Assembly: GCA_002269645.1 (NCBI GenBank)
Contig: NIVC01003424.1
Coordinates: forward strand, 34,271-98,270
DNA length: 64,000 nt
Source of the DNA: Macrostomum lignano
Lineage: Eukaryota
Direction of reading: 5' to 3'
The notes beneath the pieces are model-generated. The model was given only the letters and a program-made list of their open reading frames with translations. It was not told where the DNA came from and made no database searches. Position numbers and translations under genes: made by a program. Within the stretch, counting starts at the first letter, position 1, and every line of letters starts with the position of its first letter. Shown one piece after another: positions 47,724-62,287 of the stretch.

Positions 47724-50700
47724 TTTAATACCTTTAATTATTTTTCACTCCTTAATGATCTCATCTCAACTTTCACTTTTCCCACAATACTTAACTTCTG
47801 CTAAGCGCTAGCGCGACCCCGCAACCGCGGCACTGCCGAACATCAAATGGAAGTTGCGTATGATAAATATGCATACATTTGATGGGTTTCGACCTTCCGG
47901 CCCCCTTGTGGGGGAGCCTTTGGGCCTTGGGTCTCAGAAATAAATCAATTAGAGTCCTGGCCCCCCACTCCTGTCAGATGGTCAGCCCCACGGTAGCTTG
48001 ATCGTGTGGCGAGCAGCCTAGGTCCTATAGCTAAGAGAGGGACAGCGAGAGACAAGCAGGGAGAATTTTGAAAGTAGAAATTAGTTAATCCGCAGATTAG
48101 CCAACTCGCTGCCACCAGCCCGTGCGTCCTGGCTCACCACACCGGGACTCTCGAAATCGGGCTTCCGACTAGAAGGTGCACTTACCTGCCAACTAGTGTC
48201 TTTTTGCTGTCAATCTCGAAGTCATAGCCGATGATAAGGGACACTGCTGGGACTAGATCGCATTGGCCATGCAGGTACAGAGGGGACTTGTGCAGGGGAT
48301 CCTTGCGGTGGCGAGTCTATGGGGTAGCTACATGTACTATTACATTGCTAAATACGAAGATATGTACTTTTGGCCTTCAACGCGCCAACTAGCCTCTCAT
48401 AGCGCTGATGATAGGCTAACTCGAACTTCAGAAACCGCATGATTCATTACCCGAGCCGCTTGGCGAATCTAGAGTGCACAGAGTACATCTCTGGAGCCGA
48501 TTCTGCACTATTGGCAATTTCGCTAACTGATTTGATAGATTGATCGACTGAGAATTGCCTTGCCATTGGTCTACTGTGACCGGCGCCTATACTAGCTTAG
48601 CTATTCATCCGAGCCATCGGCGAACAAAGAAATAAAACCGATAAAAATAACTGTCAGATTTAACCTTCTCCTCAGATCACTTCACACTTCAGATTGAATT
48701 GGAGTTTTAGACTACTATAGCAGTATTATTGAATGACTTCTGCCTCAGCAACAGCACTACTGAACAAAAAGAGCAAAAGTGTGCGCCTAATCCATGCAGC
48801 TACTGAACAGGGGACAGATAAGGAATCACCCAATCAAGCAAGTCTAGGCAGCCTCTCACCCAACCAATCAGAAACTGAACGGCCGGAGACCAGGTAATCC
48901 ACAGTGACCGAATCGGCTTAGTGCTTCGCAGCTGTAGACCCGGGATGGTGCTGATGTCACGGTCTTCGCAGATAGCTAGCAGGTGATGCTCTTAACTTTG
49001 ATGTTCGCTGCTGATGACCGGGGGGACTCGTCCTTGATGATGATGGGGGAGGTCGCAATCCGGGGATCAAGAAACGACGGTCGCGCTCCGGGATGTCTCA
49101 AGCTAGGCTAAGGTCCCAGGAGGAGTTGGTCCAAGCGGGCCAAAAACACCGGTTTAAATAGCCGCCAATTGGACCGCAGTTTGTTATAATGGAACACGTC
49201 GATTCTGATTGGCTGAGCCGATTTGTTAAAATGAGCGCCGAATTTTCTGATTGGCTAAGCTTGTTGCTACCCAGAATCATGTGACCGGGAGATCCTATCA
49301 GTTCCCACAGGGTCGTAAAAACATGACAGGTGCGGCCATAAATCAATCAAAATCGCAACAAAATGATTTATGACTTTTCGCGTAGGATTGACAGAAATTA
49401 ATGAAAAAATATACACTATAGAAAGCTCTTATTAAATAGAAAGTGAAGATAATGGAGAGAAATCACTAATCGCTAATCTCAAAGTACTTTTAGGGGTAAA
49501 ACGCATAGCTGTCAAAGCTGTCACACGCTTGAGTGAACACGAACAATAGGCTCTGACCTCATAAATCTTGATGGCCTGTCAAAATGATGAGAAACAAGCT
49601 ACCGCCCGCATCCTCTCAGACCATCTGGCGCCCGCCTCAACACTGAGTGAGGCACAGGTGGCTGTCAGACCAGCTTTGAAAGCGATGATTTATGGCCCAA
49701 AAAGCTGCGCCTATGTTATTATGACTACTAGTATGACCAAACATTATATCTAGTATATAGATTCTATGACAATTTCCAGAAATAGGATAAAAATGCTCAT
49801 TGCCCACTGTTAGTAGGCTAGTAAGCTTAGAGCCCACGTGCTAGCGCGGGATTTGGAAAGTGCGTCCTCATCACATTTACATGTAAATAATAAGCCACAT
49901 TTATTACATGTACGCAGCTCAGTTCGTTATACCGAAGTCCGTACGTCTTGTCGAGTTCTTCGCGGTGCATGGATCCAGAAATTTTTGTAGGGGCCAAATA
50001 AGCAAAAAATGAAAATACTTTCCCCGGAACCCCTTAATTACAGTGCATGTATATGCATGCCCAGCCTCAGCAAAAAAGGGGCGCCCCCCCCCTGGATCCG
50101 CCGCTGCACTGAATTCTTTGCCCGTCGACAGGCAGTCGCTATTAAAAACGACTTTTACAACTCTTCGAAATTGCTTTTTGCTCTGAGAAATACGCGGTAA
50201 TTTTGGTGATGGCAGTTTCACGCGACTTACAGTAGTAGACAGTAGTATACAGTATTGACACAATCAATTTTCAACTATTTTGACACAATCGTGTAAAATT
50301 TCGAGTCTCAAAGTCAATCCTGAACGGCGCTATGCACTTTTAAAGTTAGTCTGCTTTTTTCAGCGAGACAGCCACCCCAACCTCCGCCCGCCTGCCTCTC
50401 TTTCCCGATCTGGGCCCAGATGTGTAAAAGGGTTTCAAAATTGACTAACTTTCAGCTGCCATAAGTTTGCTCCACGTAAAGCGATTGACTTCAAACTTGA
50501 CACAATTCTTCATTGACTCATTCTCTGTCTAAATGTAAAGTTTCAACTCTGTAACTCAACCGAAAAAGAAACTGTAAGCATGTGAAGTTTGTCTGCTTTT
50601 TCTGTTGTTTGTGCCACTCACTCACTCATTCCCCCAGAGCCAGACGAAGGGTCAGGCGATAGGGCTCAATGTACATAGCGAATGTACAGTGTTTTGGAAT

Positions 50701-51269
50701 AACTTTATTTATAACCTTCTCTGCACCCCGAGAGTGGAGAGGCTACGTTTAGCCATAACAGTTTAGTGAGAAATTCTAACCACTGCCCTCCCCTCTGTAT
50801 TGGCAAACTCTGCAGCAGTTTAACAGTGGATGGCAATTGGCAATTGGCAAATCGAGGGAATCCACTATCCAGCATGGTTTGTAAAAGCGAAAGATTTATG
50901 AAAAGGCGATGCGATGCAATGCAATACAACCCTACTAAATTAGGCACACCATGAAAATTTTAGGTTTCTTTTAAAGGTACTGTGTAAATTTTAAATGGCC
51001 TCCTAAGAAATGCGTATTTCCTTGGTTGTTAGACTGATGCAGACTGCAGTGGAGCTGAAAATACACAAATTCCTTTCAGGACTGCAAATTGGCAAGAAAA
51101 ATGACGTGATCAAAGCATGAGAATAACGATGAGAGTAGTACGTCCCACAAACTGGCTTTCGAAGCAGGGATCGGCAGACTTTTACTTCAAAAGCCAGATA
51201 AAGAATCCAGCTTATGTGCGGGCCAGATGAGAGTGGAAAGGAGAAGGAATAGACTATTAGAAGAGAGGA

Positions 51270-52790
<1,521 letters not shown>

Positions 52791-53520
52791 GAAATTTTAA
52801 AGGATCCAAGGGACGTAGGGAGAGTCAGGGAGAGACCAGAGTTTAGCAATATATGTTTTAGAGTCAGACAGACATTGCCTGACATTCTGCGCAGTACCCT
52901 AGCCAACAATGTCTCAAACCCTAATTTTACACGAATGTGCTTCATTTTATGTCTACCTCTATCCTACTAACTATTAACAAGTTTTTGTTTGTGTATGGCC
53001 TTAGATTTCAGAATACATTCAAAAGTAGTTCCGGGTATTGGAATTCCCCGGGTTCAAAATCCGCGGGTTTCAACAGCTTGTACAGTATAGTTTACAGTTG
53101 TATACAGTAATATATGCATGCAGTGTAAGTAGAAAGAATCGAAAATTCAACGTTTAAAATCTAAATCAAAATGATGTACATCAGGACATGATCAGACTTC
53201 GCTTGAGTAGTGAGAGAAAAAGAAAGCTCAATAAATCAACATTATAGATTTACACTTTTAGATTATATAGATTTATAGATCTAGACACAAATCTACATCG
53301 GTGTCTAGAGACCGTGCAAGAAACCTGTCAACAGGAACGACAGCAGGACGACAGCAGAACGACAGCAGGACGACCGCTCGCCAACGCGATTATTATACCT
53401 ATCTATGTAAACTGGAAACTTAGCTTTCCTAGGGGGGGGGGGGTAGATAATCGGGGTTTAGCACTTTTCAGCAGACGGAGTATCAGCATCAGCGGATTTG
53501 AAAACGAAACACTGTTCTAC

Positions 53521-53779
53521 GGGCCTTTTCATATTACCAATTCCAGAACCAGAATCGGTTCGAAATTCCAAGAAAAACAGCAGTATAACTATTTAACTCT
53601 GTTAATATTTGACTGCCTTAACAACCTCACTAAGTACAATTTTCACTTTCTTCTTGGCGATTGTCATTCAATAATAAAAACTTTATAGCACGTATCTCCC
53701 TCTAGTTATGGAGACAAAAAGTTATACTTCACAAATTGGTTCTGGTTCTGGAACCAGAACAAGCAATATGAAAAGGCCC
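53521..53779. mobile_element. 260-bp MITE, family B (copy 2)
   Basis: Aligns end to end with 24441-24700. Confidence 0.9.
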
Positions 53780-54840
53780 GTGCTAGAAATTTTGGATAGG
53801 AACCCGCGAATTCAAACTTCACGTAGGGCTCATGGCCCGCGGGGCGCGCGCGCCGCGCGCGCTGTAAAAAGCCGATAAAATTGGGAACAAGAAAGTCATT
53901 TCTCCAAACCCGACAGACCTCACTTACCATCAAAATCACTCAAATCAGAATATGTTCTAACGAACCTTAGCATTCATAGTCTTGAATTATGCCTATAAGT
54001 TGAGGCCTATAATCTCATCAACATCAATGTTAATTGTTAGATAGGCCCTATCCCTAGGCCTATTCAAGCAAGTTAGGCCCCTAGGCCTAAAAACTAAAAG
54101 GGGTTTCATTGTCAGTATATTATGAGTAGGCCAAGCCAGAGTCAGCTTTGCTCTACTATTGCATTAGTTCTAACTAATATTTTTAAATAGCAAATTATTT
54201 AGGGACCTATGATTCCCTATGAATCAGAATAATTTACTAAGGACTAGGCCAATAACAAAATTGGTAGGCCTAGGCCTATATAGGCCTAACAGGCCCCTAT
54301 AAATATAGGCCTATAATTCGCTTTCTAAATGACAGGTTTGATAAAATTCTAGGGCCTAACCTACTTTCGTGCCTATTGAAACTAGGTTTTTGCTAGAAAC
54401 ATGATGCTAAATTGCTCAATTTCAGGATGCAATTTTAAAAGGCTCAGAGTGCAATTTCTCCTAAAAACTGGGAATAGCCTAGGCCCTATAGACATATCTA
54501 TCACACATTTTAAAGCAAAATAGGCCTAGCCTTATGTATTCATTTGCATTTTAGCTTCAAGCATTATTTTTATATATATTATATCTTTAATTATGTCCAA
54601 AAATGCTTTGACTTTTATCTCATTTTCTAAATATTATTTAAGGCTAAAAATGGGCATTCTTCTTGAATCATTTGTTAAACTATTTTTTCAATGTTTTTCA
54701 TATTTTCTCTACTTTAGAAGCTGATTTTAACATGTTTGGATATATTTCACTCAAGCTATTAAAACAGTAAAATTATCAACTTTTAAGCACTTTTTTCCAT
54801 CTCTAGACTAGTAATGAAGGCTGAAGCCTTATAGGCCTAC

Positions 54841-55354
54841 CATAGCTGGGAAGGTGGCAGCTTTTGGTGAATTTTCCAGTGCAAATTGGCCCTTTTTTTG
54901 GCACACACGGCGCACACGGACACGGGGTACAAAGAAAAATTGGAAATGCTCTGGTGGCGCACATGGCGCATGGCACTGAAAAAATATATAGTTACACTCT
55001 ATTATACTTTGCAGATAACAAAGTATCTAGGATCTAGGATATCTAGTATCTAGGATAACAAAGTCAGGCCTAATTCCATAATTCGTAAAATAAAATGTTA
55101 TACTATCAAAGAGTACTAAAATTACATAAATCACGATATAAAATACATAAATGAAATTTAAATTTGTCTACCATAAATTCAGATTTGTTTACCAATTAAT
55201 TATTAATTACCTTACCTTACTTTACCTTACCTTAGACTTACCTTATCATGGCGCACTGCGGCGCACAAAATATTTTCTTCATGGCGCACGGCACACAGTG
55301 CTCAAAAGCCATCAAAATAGTTCCGGCGCACACTGTGCCACCTTCCCGACTATG
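54841..55354. mobile_element. hAT-like MITE rich in GGCGCAC motifs
   Basis: CATAGCTGGGAAGGTGGCA / TGCCACCTTCCCGACTATG termini, no clean TSD. It keeps more CpG than its surroundings. Confidence 0.7.
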
Positions 55355-55494
55355 GGCCTTATATAAGGTTGGAGCACTAACATAGTAAAGCATAGAGTAG
55401 AAGCTCTTGATGAAGCTCATCTAGTAATAGCTCACCCTAAGGTAAGACTAAGAATAATACCAATTCACAAAAAATATACTAATGAATGAAGATG

Positions 55495-56330
55495 CTGTCG
55501 CTACCCCCATACCCTTGGCATTTGTAAGGCTAGTTACAGGCTTGCCACCCCCCATATCCCTGGCATTAGGCCTAGTAAGGCTAGTGGGTAGCTTGCCTCC
55601 CTCTATACCCCTAGCTTTTGTAAGGCTAGTAGGAGGCTCCACACTCCCTATATCCTTGGCTTCTAAAAGGCTAGTGGAGGACTTGCCACCCCTTATATCC
55701 TGGTTTTTTTTAGGTCATACGGTAGCCACTGGCTACCCAAAAAAGCCATTAGCAACTAGATTTTAGGCATCAAAGGCCAATCTGGCAACTTCATTTTCCC
55801 CGTGCCAGTTGCCAATTTAAAAAATTGTTTTTGTAAGTGTAAAAAAGCGCCATATGAATTGATATGATATGATAGAATTTAGTTTGTTATCGTTATTGTT
55901 AGTATAATAGGCCTATGTACATGTTACTCAAAATTTAGTGTCTTAGAAATATTTATTCTTAAGAATTTGGTTTATTGCCAATGGGCAACCAAAAATAGCC
56001 ATTGGCAACTGGATTTTGAGCCCCAAGGGCCAGCTGGCAACTGGATTTCCAACCTTAAAAAAACCCAGCTTATATCCCTAGTTTTTGTATGGCTAGTGGG
56101 GGGCTCACCACCCCCACACCCCTGGTATTAATAAGGCTAATAAGAGGCTCGTTGCCCCCCACACCCCTGGCATTAGTATAGTATGGCTAGTGGGGGCTCA
56201 CCGCCTCCTATATCCCTGGCTTCCAAAAGGCTAGTGGGAGGCTCGCTGTCCCCCCCCACACCCCTGGCTTTTATAGGGCTAGTGGGTGTCTCACCACCTA
56301 CCACACCCTTGCTTTATCCTAACCTTACAC
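55495..56330. repeat. ~45-55-bp decayed tandem repeat (AAGGCTAGTGGGGGCTCACCACCCCC...)
   Basis: About 9 units, split by an insertion at 55700-56068. Confidence 0.75.
55700..56068. mobile_element. MITE with 8-bp TSD inserted in the tandem repeat
   Basis: TSD CTTATATC (55692-55699, 56069-56076). Termini CTGGTTTTTTTTAGGT / ACCTTAAAAAAACCCAG. Confidence 0.82.
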
Positions 56331-59300
56331 CCCCACCTTTCTTCCCCTCAGGCCTCAACTTTGTCCACCTGTACAGTTTGCACAGATCTAATTGTAGTAA
56401 TGTTGAAGCAAACAGGCGCAACATCTGTGTCATCTGCCACTGATCTATATCAAAAAAGATTTTACAATAGCTAGTATAATTGCAGCTGCACTTTGACATT
56501 TAATATTACTCTTAAAAGCATTCTCAAACTATTTTAACAAAATTTACGGCTGCTAAATGCCAATAAATTATGCATTTTCACATTTTCCAACAGGCAATCA
56601 AACAGGTATTAAGACCTATCAAGACCAATATATGACTTATTGTATATTAAGATATGGCTGCCATGCATACAATTAAAACACTAGGTGAACACAGCTGCCA
56701 TGTATGCAAGCTCTTTGATATGAATAACCTAAAAATCCAAAAAAAATTTAGGCAATTTCTTAAAAGCTTAATAATTTGCTTATCCCAAGTAACTCAAGCC
56801 ACTATTTTTTTCATTTAGAAATTACAAACCATCTATAGCTTTTATATAATGCAACTATATTGTTGTAGGGCTAACCTTCTGTCTTTATGAATAATCCCAC
56901 AATGTCACCAAAGTTGTTGTAGTGGTTTGCTTCCCTTTTTTAGCTATTCCACTAATGCCACCAAGTTGTAATGCCACTAGCTGTTGTAGGGCTACTTTTC
57001 TAATTCCTATTATTGAATATCCTAAAGCTGCCACCAAGTCTATATTCTATTAATAAATTATAAGTTTATTCATCTTTGAATAAGTCTAAGAACATATCTG
57101 AGTATTTGTCTGAGTATATATTTGAGAACTTGTCTAAGTATATTGTTCTTAAAATACAATTTAGCCTTTACAAGTATTGTTCCCCTGTTATTCCAGTAGC
57201 ATTTACTGTTATTCTAGCCTGAGCAGTATATTGGCTTACTGGTATATGTATTGCATGTATGTCCAATCCTGGATGTTACCAAGATCAGAAGGTCACAGCC
57301 TCCAGTTATTCTTGCATATATTAATTTAGGATCTACTTTGTATTCTCCTACTACTTAACACTTCTGCCTGTCAGTAGTAGTATATACCATAGATGCTTCA
57401 GTCTATTTCACTTTACTTTGTAAATGAATAACTCAGAAAACAATCATCAATAATGTTTACTCGGAACTCTTACTATTCAATACTGGCTTTCTTTCTTAAG
57501 GAACTGCAATGTGTGAGGTTGGTCTCTCCTCCACCAAAAATGTTTCTTTTTATACTAAAATATACTGCTAATTTAAACAAAAATTAGTTCGCGTAAAATA
57601 CTTATATTATAACAAATAATTATAACAAAATAAATTATAATTAATAATTTTGTTTATTAATAATTAAATAGTTTATTAAGTAATTATTAATTTACTAATT
57701 TATTAATTTATAATAAAATATTTTATTAACTATTAATTAATTTTTTTATTGTTCATTAAAATCTTTGCAATAGTTATTAATTTATTACATAATTTATTAA
57801 TTTATAATTTATTAATAATTAATAAATTAATTATTATAAATTAAACTTTCAGCATCTCCCCCCTAAAGTGACCCCAAAGTGATCAAGTGAACCCCCCCCC
57901 AATATAACAATAAGCACCCCTCCTCCCAGATATAATATGAACTCTAGATTATCTAGATAGATAGATATGAACTCTAGATTTATAGCAGTATCGTTATATA
58001 CAGCAAAAGATAGGTTGAAGGCTCAACTGAGGGGGTTGGCTGACAAAGTAAGGAGGATGGAGTATGCAACAGGTGAGAGAATAAGAGGCTTAGAGAATAA
58101 TGAGAGACTGACCAATCAGAAGATGGAAAAGGTGAGAGATCAATATATAGAAAGAGGGAAAACAGTAAACAGAGACAAGTGAAGGTGAACTAAAGAAATG
58201 ACTAAGAAAGTTGCAACAAGTGCAAGTTTAAAGAAAATTGGTTTAGCCATTTTTTGCTAAAATTGATCATATACTTACCTAGATAAAAACCTATTAGTAG
58301 ACCTTTTTTAGTATATTGTTATGATAGAAACTCAATTTCTTAAGCTAGGCTAAAAATGCACAAATATAAACTATTAACATTTTTATTGCATTTTTATTAT
58401 GCAAAACAATTTTTTTATAGCATATGGCCTAATCATTTTAGGCCTATATAGGCCCCTAGTCTACTAGAGGGAGCTATCAACTATAAAATGGATATAAAAT
58501 GTTGTATTTTAAAGATATTTAAATGAAATATATTTTTGAGATGATCAAGATTTGATTAAGATTTAAGATTAAACCCAATTAGCATCTAATGTCTATTTAC
58601 ATTATTTTATATTCTATCAATACTAATATTGTTATTTGTTAAATGTGTACAATAATTAAAATGTAAAAACAAAGATTATTTCATATTGAGCTTATTAATA
58701 AATAAATGTATAATAATATCATAGTCACTAATAGTCAGTAGTCACAGTCACAAATTGGGTCCATAAGAATTGCCCACTGAGCTTTTCCTACCAAGATTTG
58801 CCTATTATGCAATATGCCCACAAGTGAATTGCCCCTTTATGCTAAAATTTACGTTTTTTTGTTCACTTTTTAAAATATAAATCCCTCTAATTTTATTAAT
58901 GTCACAATTTGTATAAGCTTTTTTATTTATATTTGCTTTTTATTCTATGTCATTCTATTTAATTGGCTTGCAAAGATCTTCAAAGTGTAGCTAAAAAAGT
59001 AATGAAAAATTTATTATGATTTTGTATTAACAAGATAGATTTATAGATTTTAGATTTTAGCTTTATAAGAAGACCCTTGTCATGTTTCTCTTTGTCTTCT
59101 AGGTCTTCAAATCATGATCCATGGATCCATGATCCATGATCCAAAAGCCTGCTTCACCTTAGAAAAAGCCAGAAGTGGCTATCTCTAGCAAATATGGTGG
59201 ATGTCTCAACTGTGCAACTTGTTTTGAGCCAAAAAATGTTGCACTGAAAGTGCTTTGTTTGTTGGTGCATTATTGCATTATGCAGCAACCAGGCATTGTT

Positions 59301-59823
59301 CTCCCATTGTTTATATCAAACCTCCCACATCCTTAGCAGCAACCTCTTGAGCATTTTAAAATAAAAGTGCTGATTTACAGTTTAGGTTGGGATTTTTTAG
59401 GATTATGCTCTGTGGTATAAACTCTTAATGGATGAAGCCTGTAAAATATATACCTTGTTACTTTTTGGCTATCTCATAAATGCCTAGAATAAAAAACAAG
59501 AAATTACAATTTTACACCAATTTATACCAAACCTCAGATTGTTATACTGTAGACATTGCACCAGTAGAAATGCCATGCCAAAGAAATGCCTAAAGGCTGT
59601 CACCAACTCAAATTTACAGTGGAAATTTCTTGCAAATCCTTTGTATCTCCAGTGTCACTATTTAGTTTATCGAAAAATAAAATCAAGCAAGCTATTTCAT
59701 GGTGCTGCTTTCTCTGAGACAAAGGAAGATAAGAATTTGGTTTATTCGAATCTAAAATCTGTTATGTTTGCATTTCTTGGTTCATTACTAGCTTAACTGT
59801 TGCTGTAGCAACTGTCAGATTCA

Positions 59824-60030
59824 ATGAGATCCAGAATCAAGGATCTGACTGGTCTGGTTCGGGGCCTGCAGTGCTTAGCCCAGGCTATGGCCAGCTACCA
59901 CAGACGGCAATGCTCACCTGCTGCTATCTATGCAACTCAGCAATTGCTATTGGATGCGGCAAAACAAACTAAAGCCTGTTCTTACCAGTGGCAGGAGCTT
60001 CTGGCAAAGTACAAGATTGATAATCCTGCT
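59824..60030 (+). CDS. COQ8: COQ8 (ADCK3/4, ABC1 atypical kinase) probable exon 1, mitochondrial-targeting-like
   Basis: MRSRIKDLTGLVRGLQCLAQA..., 69 codons. Donor GCT|GTAAGT, phase 0, compatible with exon 2. Confidence 0.65.
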
Positions 60031-60561
60031 GTAAGTAACTCTTTTGAGTCAATAACTGATCATTCTGATCATTTTAAATACAACTTTATACTGATTAGTG
60101 AAGCTAAGTGAGTTAGATAAAAGTAAAAATACCCAAAACAATAGAAGCAACCCAAGATATCATGTAAGTCCTTTGCTGATTGTCAGTCAATCTTGACATA
60201 TAATGTGTTTCAACTAGAATAAACTAAAAGCATGTTTTTGAACGTACCGAGCCTAGCTGAAGCAAATTTCGAACGAATCAAGCGGATGGACTACGAATTC
60301 ACGTGTAAAACTGCATTTCCTTATCAATACTACGAGTATTTTGAGTTGGCCGGTTGTGTCAGTACAGCTTCAATTTGGTGTTTTGTAAATTAACATTGAT
60401 TGCAATTTATTTACCTTCATGGTATTTACCTTACCTACCTTTATCTTCATGGTATTCAACTCTTCATCCAGCTGGCTGCAAATTGCAGCTCAGACCAGCT
60501 AATTGCTATGGCTTTGAAAGTAGGCATAACTTAGGCTGCTACTGCCTCCCTTGCCCTGCAG

Positions 60562-61282
60562 GATTTTGCCCTGCGTCGTGTAGACTTACTAGCAAAACAG
60601 TCCAGCATTGTGGCTCGGCACCTGGCTGCCTCCCCAGCTGGTCGGCGCCGGCTGGCTAGGTCGCTCGGCTACCCTACAGTCACAGCCAACACCAATGGCA
60701 ACGCGTCTGGTGAGGGCGTCCAGCCAGATTCCCTCAAAAAACACCGGTCGGCGTCATCATCAGCTGATGATTCTGGGACTCGGCAGGAATCCGCGCCCAT
60801 TAGAGAAAAGCCATCATCCCCCACTACTGACCGGGAGGCGCGGCGTCATCAGACTGTGCCAGCGCTGTCGCCCAGGTCGCAGCCGCGCCGAGTGCCCGCC
60901 TCCCGGCTTGGCAGGCTGGCCAGCTTTGGCGGCCTGGCCGTGGGCCTGGGCCTTGGCACCGCTAGCGAGTTGGCCAGGCGAGCCATCGGCCAGGAGTCTG
61001 CGCAGTCTAGCGCGAGTCTGCTCACCCCGGCCAACGCTGACCGCATTGTTTCCACGCTTTGTCGTGTGCGTGGCGCGGCGCTGAAGCTCGGCCAGATGGT
61101 GAGCCTGCAGGACGAGGCGCTGGTTGACCCGCGCCTATTGGACATATTCGATAGAGTGCGCCGCTCAGCCGACTTTATGCCGACACAGCAGACCCACCGG
61201 GTGCTGGGTTCCGAGCTGGGTTCCGACTGGCGACAGAAGTTTGCCGAGTTTAATGATAAACCGTTCGCAGCTGCTTCGATAG
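60562..61282 (+). CDS. COQ8: COQ8 exon 2
   Basis: Acceptor CCCTGCAG|GAT. RVPASRLGRLASFGGLAVGLG, RVRGAALKLGQMVSLQD (KxGQ motif), KPFAAASIG. Donor G|GTTTGT. Confidence 0.95.
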
Positions 61283-61396
61283 GTTTGTCAAACAATGATT
61301 GACCTATGATGATTGCTTTGCTAAGCAGCACTTTGATATGCAATATAATAGACAATGTAATTTAGAGCCAGCGTACATTCGCCCCTCATACTACAG

Positions 61397-61521
61397 GCCA
61401 GGTGCACTATGGCCGCCTGTCAGATGGTCAAGAGGTGGCCGTGAAGGTGCAGTATCCGGGAGTAGCCGACAGCATCGAGTCCGACATTGAAAACCTGATG
61501 CATTTGCTGCGCGTATGGCAG
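61397..61521 (+). CDS. COQ8: COQ8 exon 3
   Basis: CTACAG|GC. GQVHYG...[10 protein letters not shown]. Donor CAG|GTGAGT. Confidence 0.95.
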
Positions 61522-61724
61522 GTGAGTAACTTAATGAGCTTAATCAGTGCTTTTATGTTATGTTATGTTATTATGTTATTGTTTTAATGGCATCCTCCCA
61601 GAGAAAACATTAAGAGCGCATCTATCTGCAATCCTCCTCCAGAGAAAACATTTAGAGCGCATCTATCCGTAAAATGTGTGAAAGCAAATTTTGCTTACTC
61701 ATTTAATTCGCGTGGCCCATGCAG

Positions 61725-62143
61725 ATTCTGCCAGCCGGGCTGTACGCAGACAGCGCTATTGCGGTGGCAAGGCGTGAGCTGGCCTGGGAGTGCGACTACC
61801 AGCGCGAGGCCGAGTGCAGCGAGCGATTCCGGAAACTGCTCTCCGACAGTCAACACCTATCTGTGCCTCGTGTTCTGCCCGATCTTTCAACGCGGCGAGT
61901 TCTCACAACGGAGTTCGTCAGCGGCCTCCAGCTTGACGAATGTATCCATCTGGCTGATCAGGCGGAGCGGGACTGGCTGGGCAGTACCCTGCTGTCCCTG
62001 TGCTTGCGCGAGCTGTTCGAGTTCCGTTTTATGCAGACTGACCCGAACTGGGCGAATTTTCTCTACCAGCCTGCTGGTCGCGATAGCGCCAGCCAGCGGC
62101 TCGTGCTGTTGGACTTTGGCGCCAGCCGAGAGTACGCGGCCAA
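61725..62143 (+). CDS. COQ8: COQ8 exon 4
   Basis: ATGCAG|ATT. ELAWECDYQREA, FMQTDPNWANFLY, LLDFGASR. Donor AA|GTAAGT. Confidence 0.95.
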
Positions 62144-62287
62144 GTAAGTATTGCAGCAGGAACTGGAGTTCTCGGAACGTCTGCAAACTTGCAACTTCAC
62201 CGATTGAATTTGCACGTTAATAAATAGCCAGATCAATAAAGCAAACTTAACTGAATTTTACACAGAAGCCGTCTTATTACATTGAAG

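Noticed and set aside
57967-58182. 71-aa coiled-coil-like ORF
   Set aside because: Short, in erased AT-rich DNA, with no supporting splice structure; at most a decayed transposon ORF.
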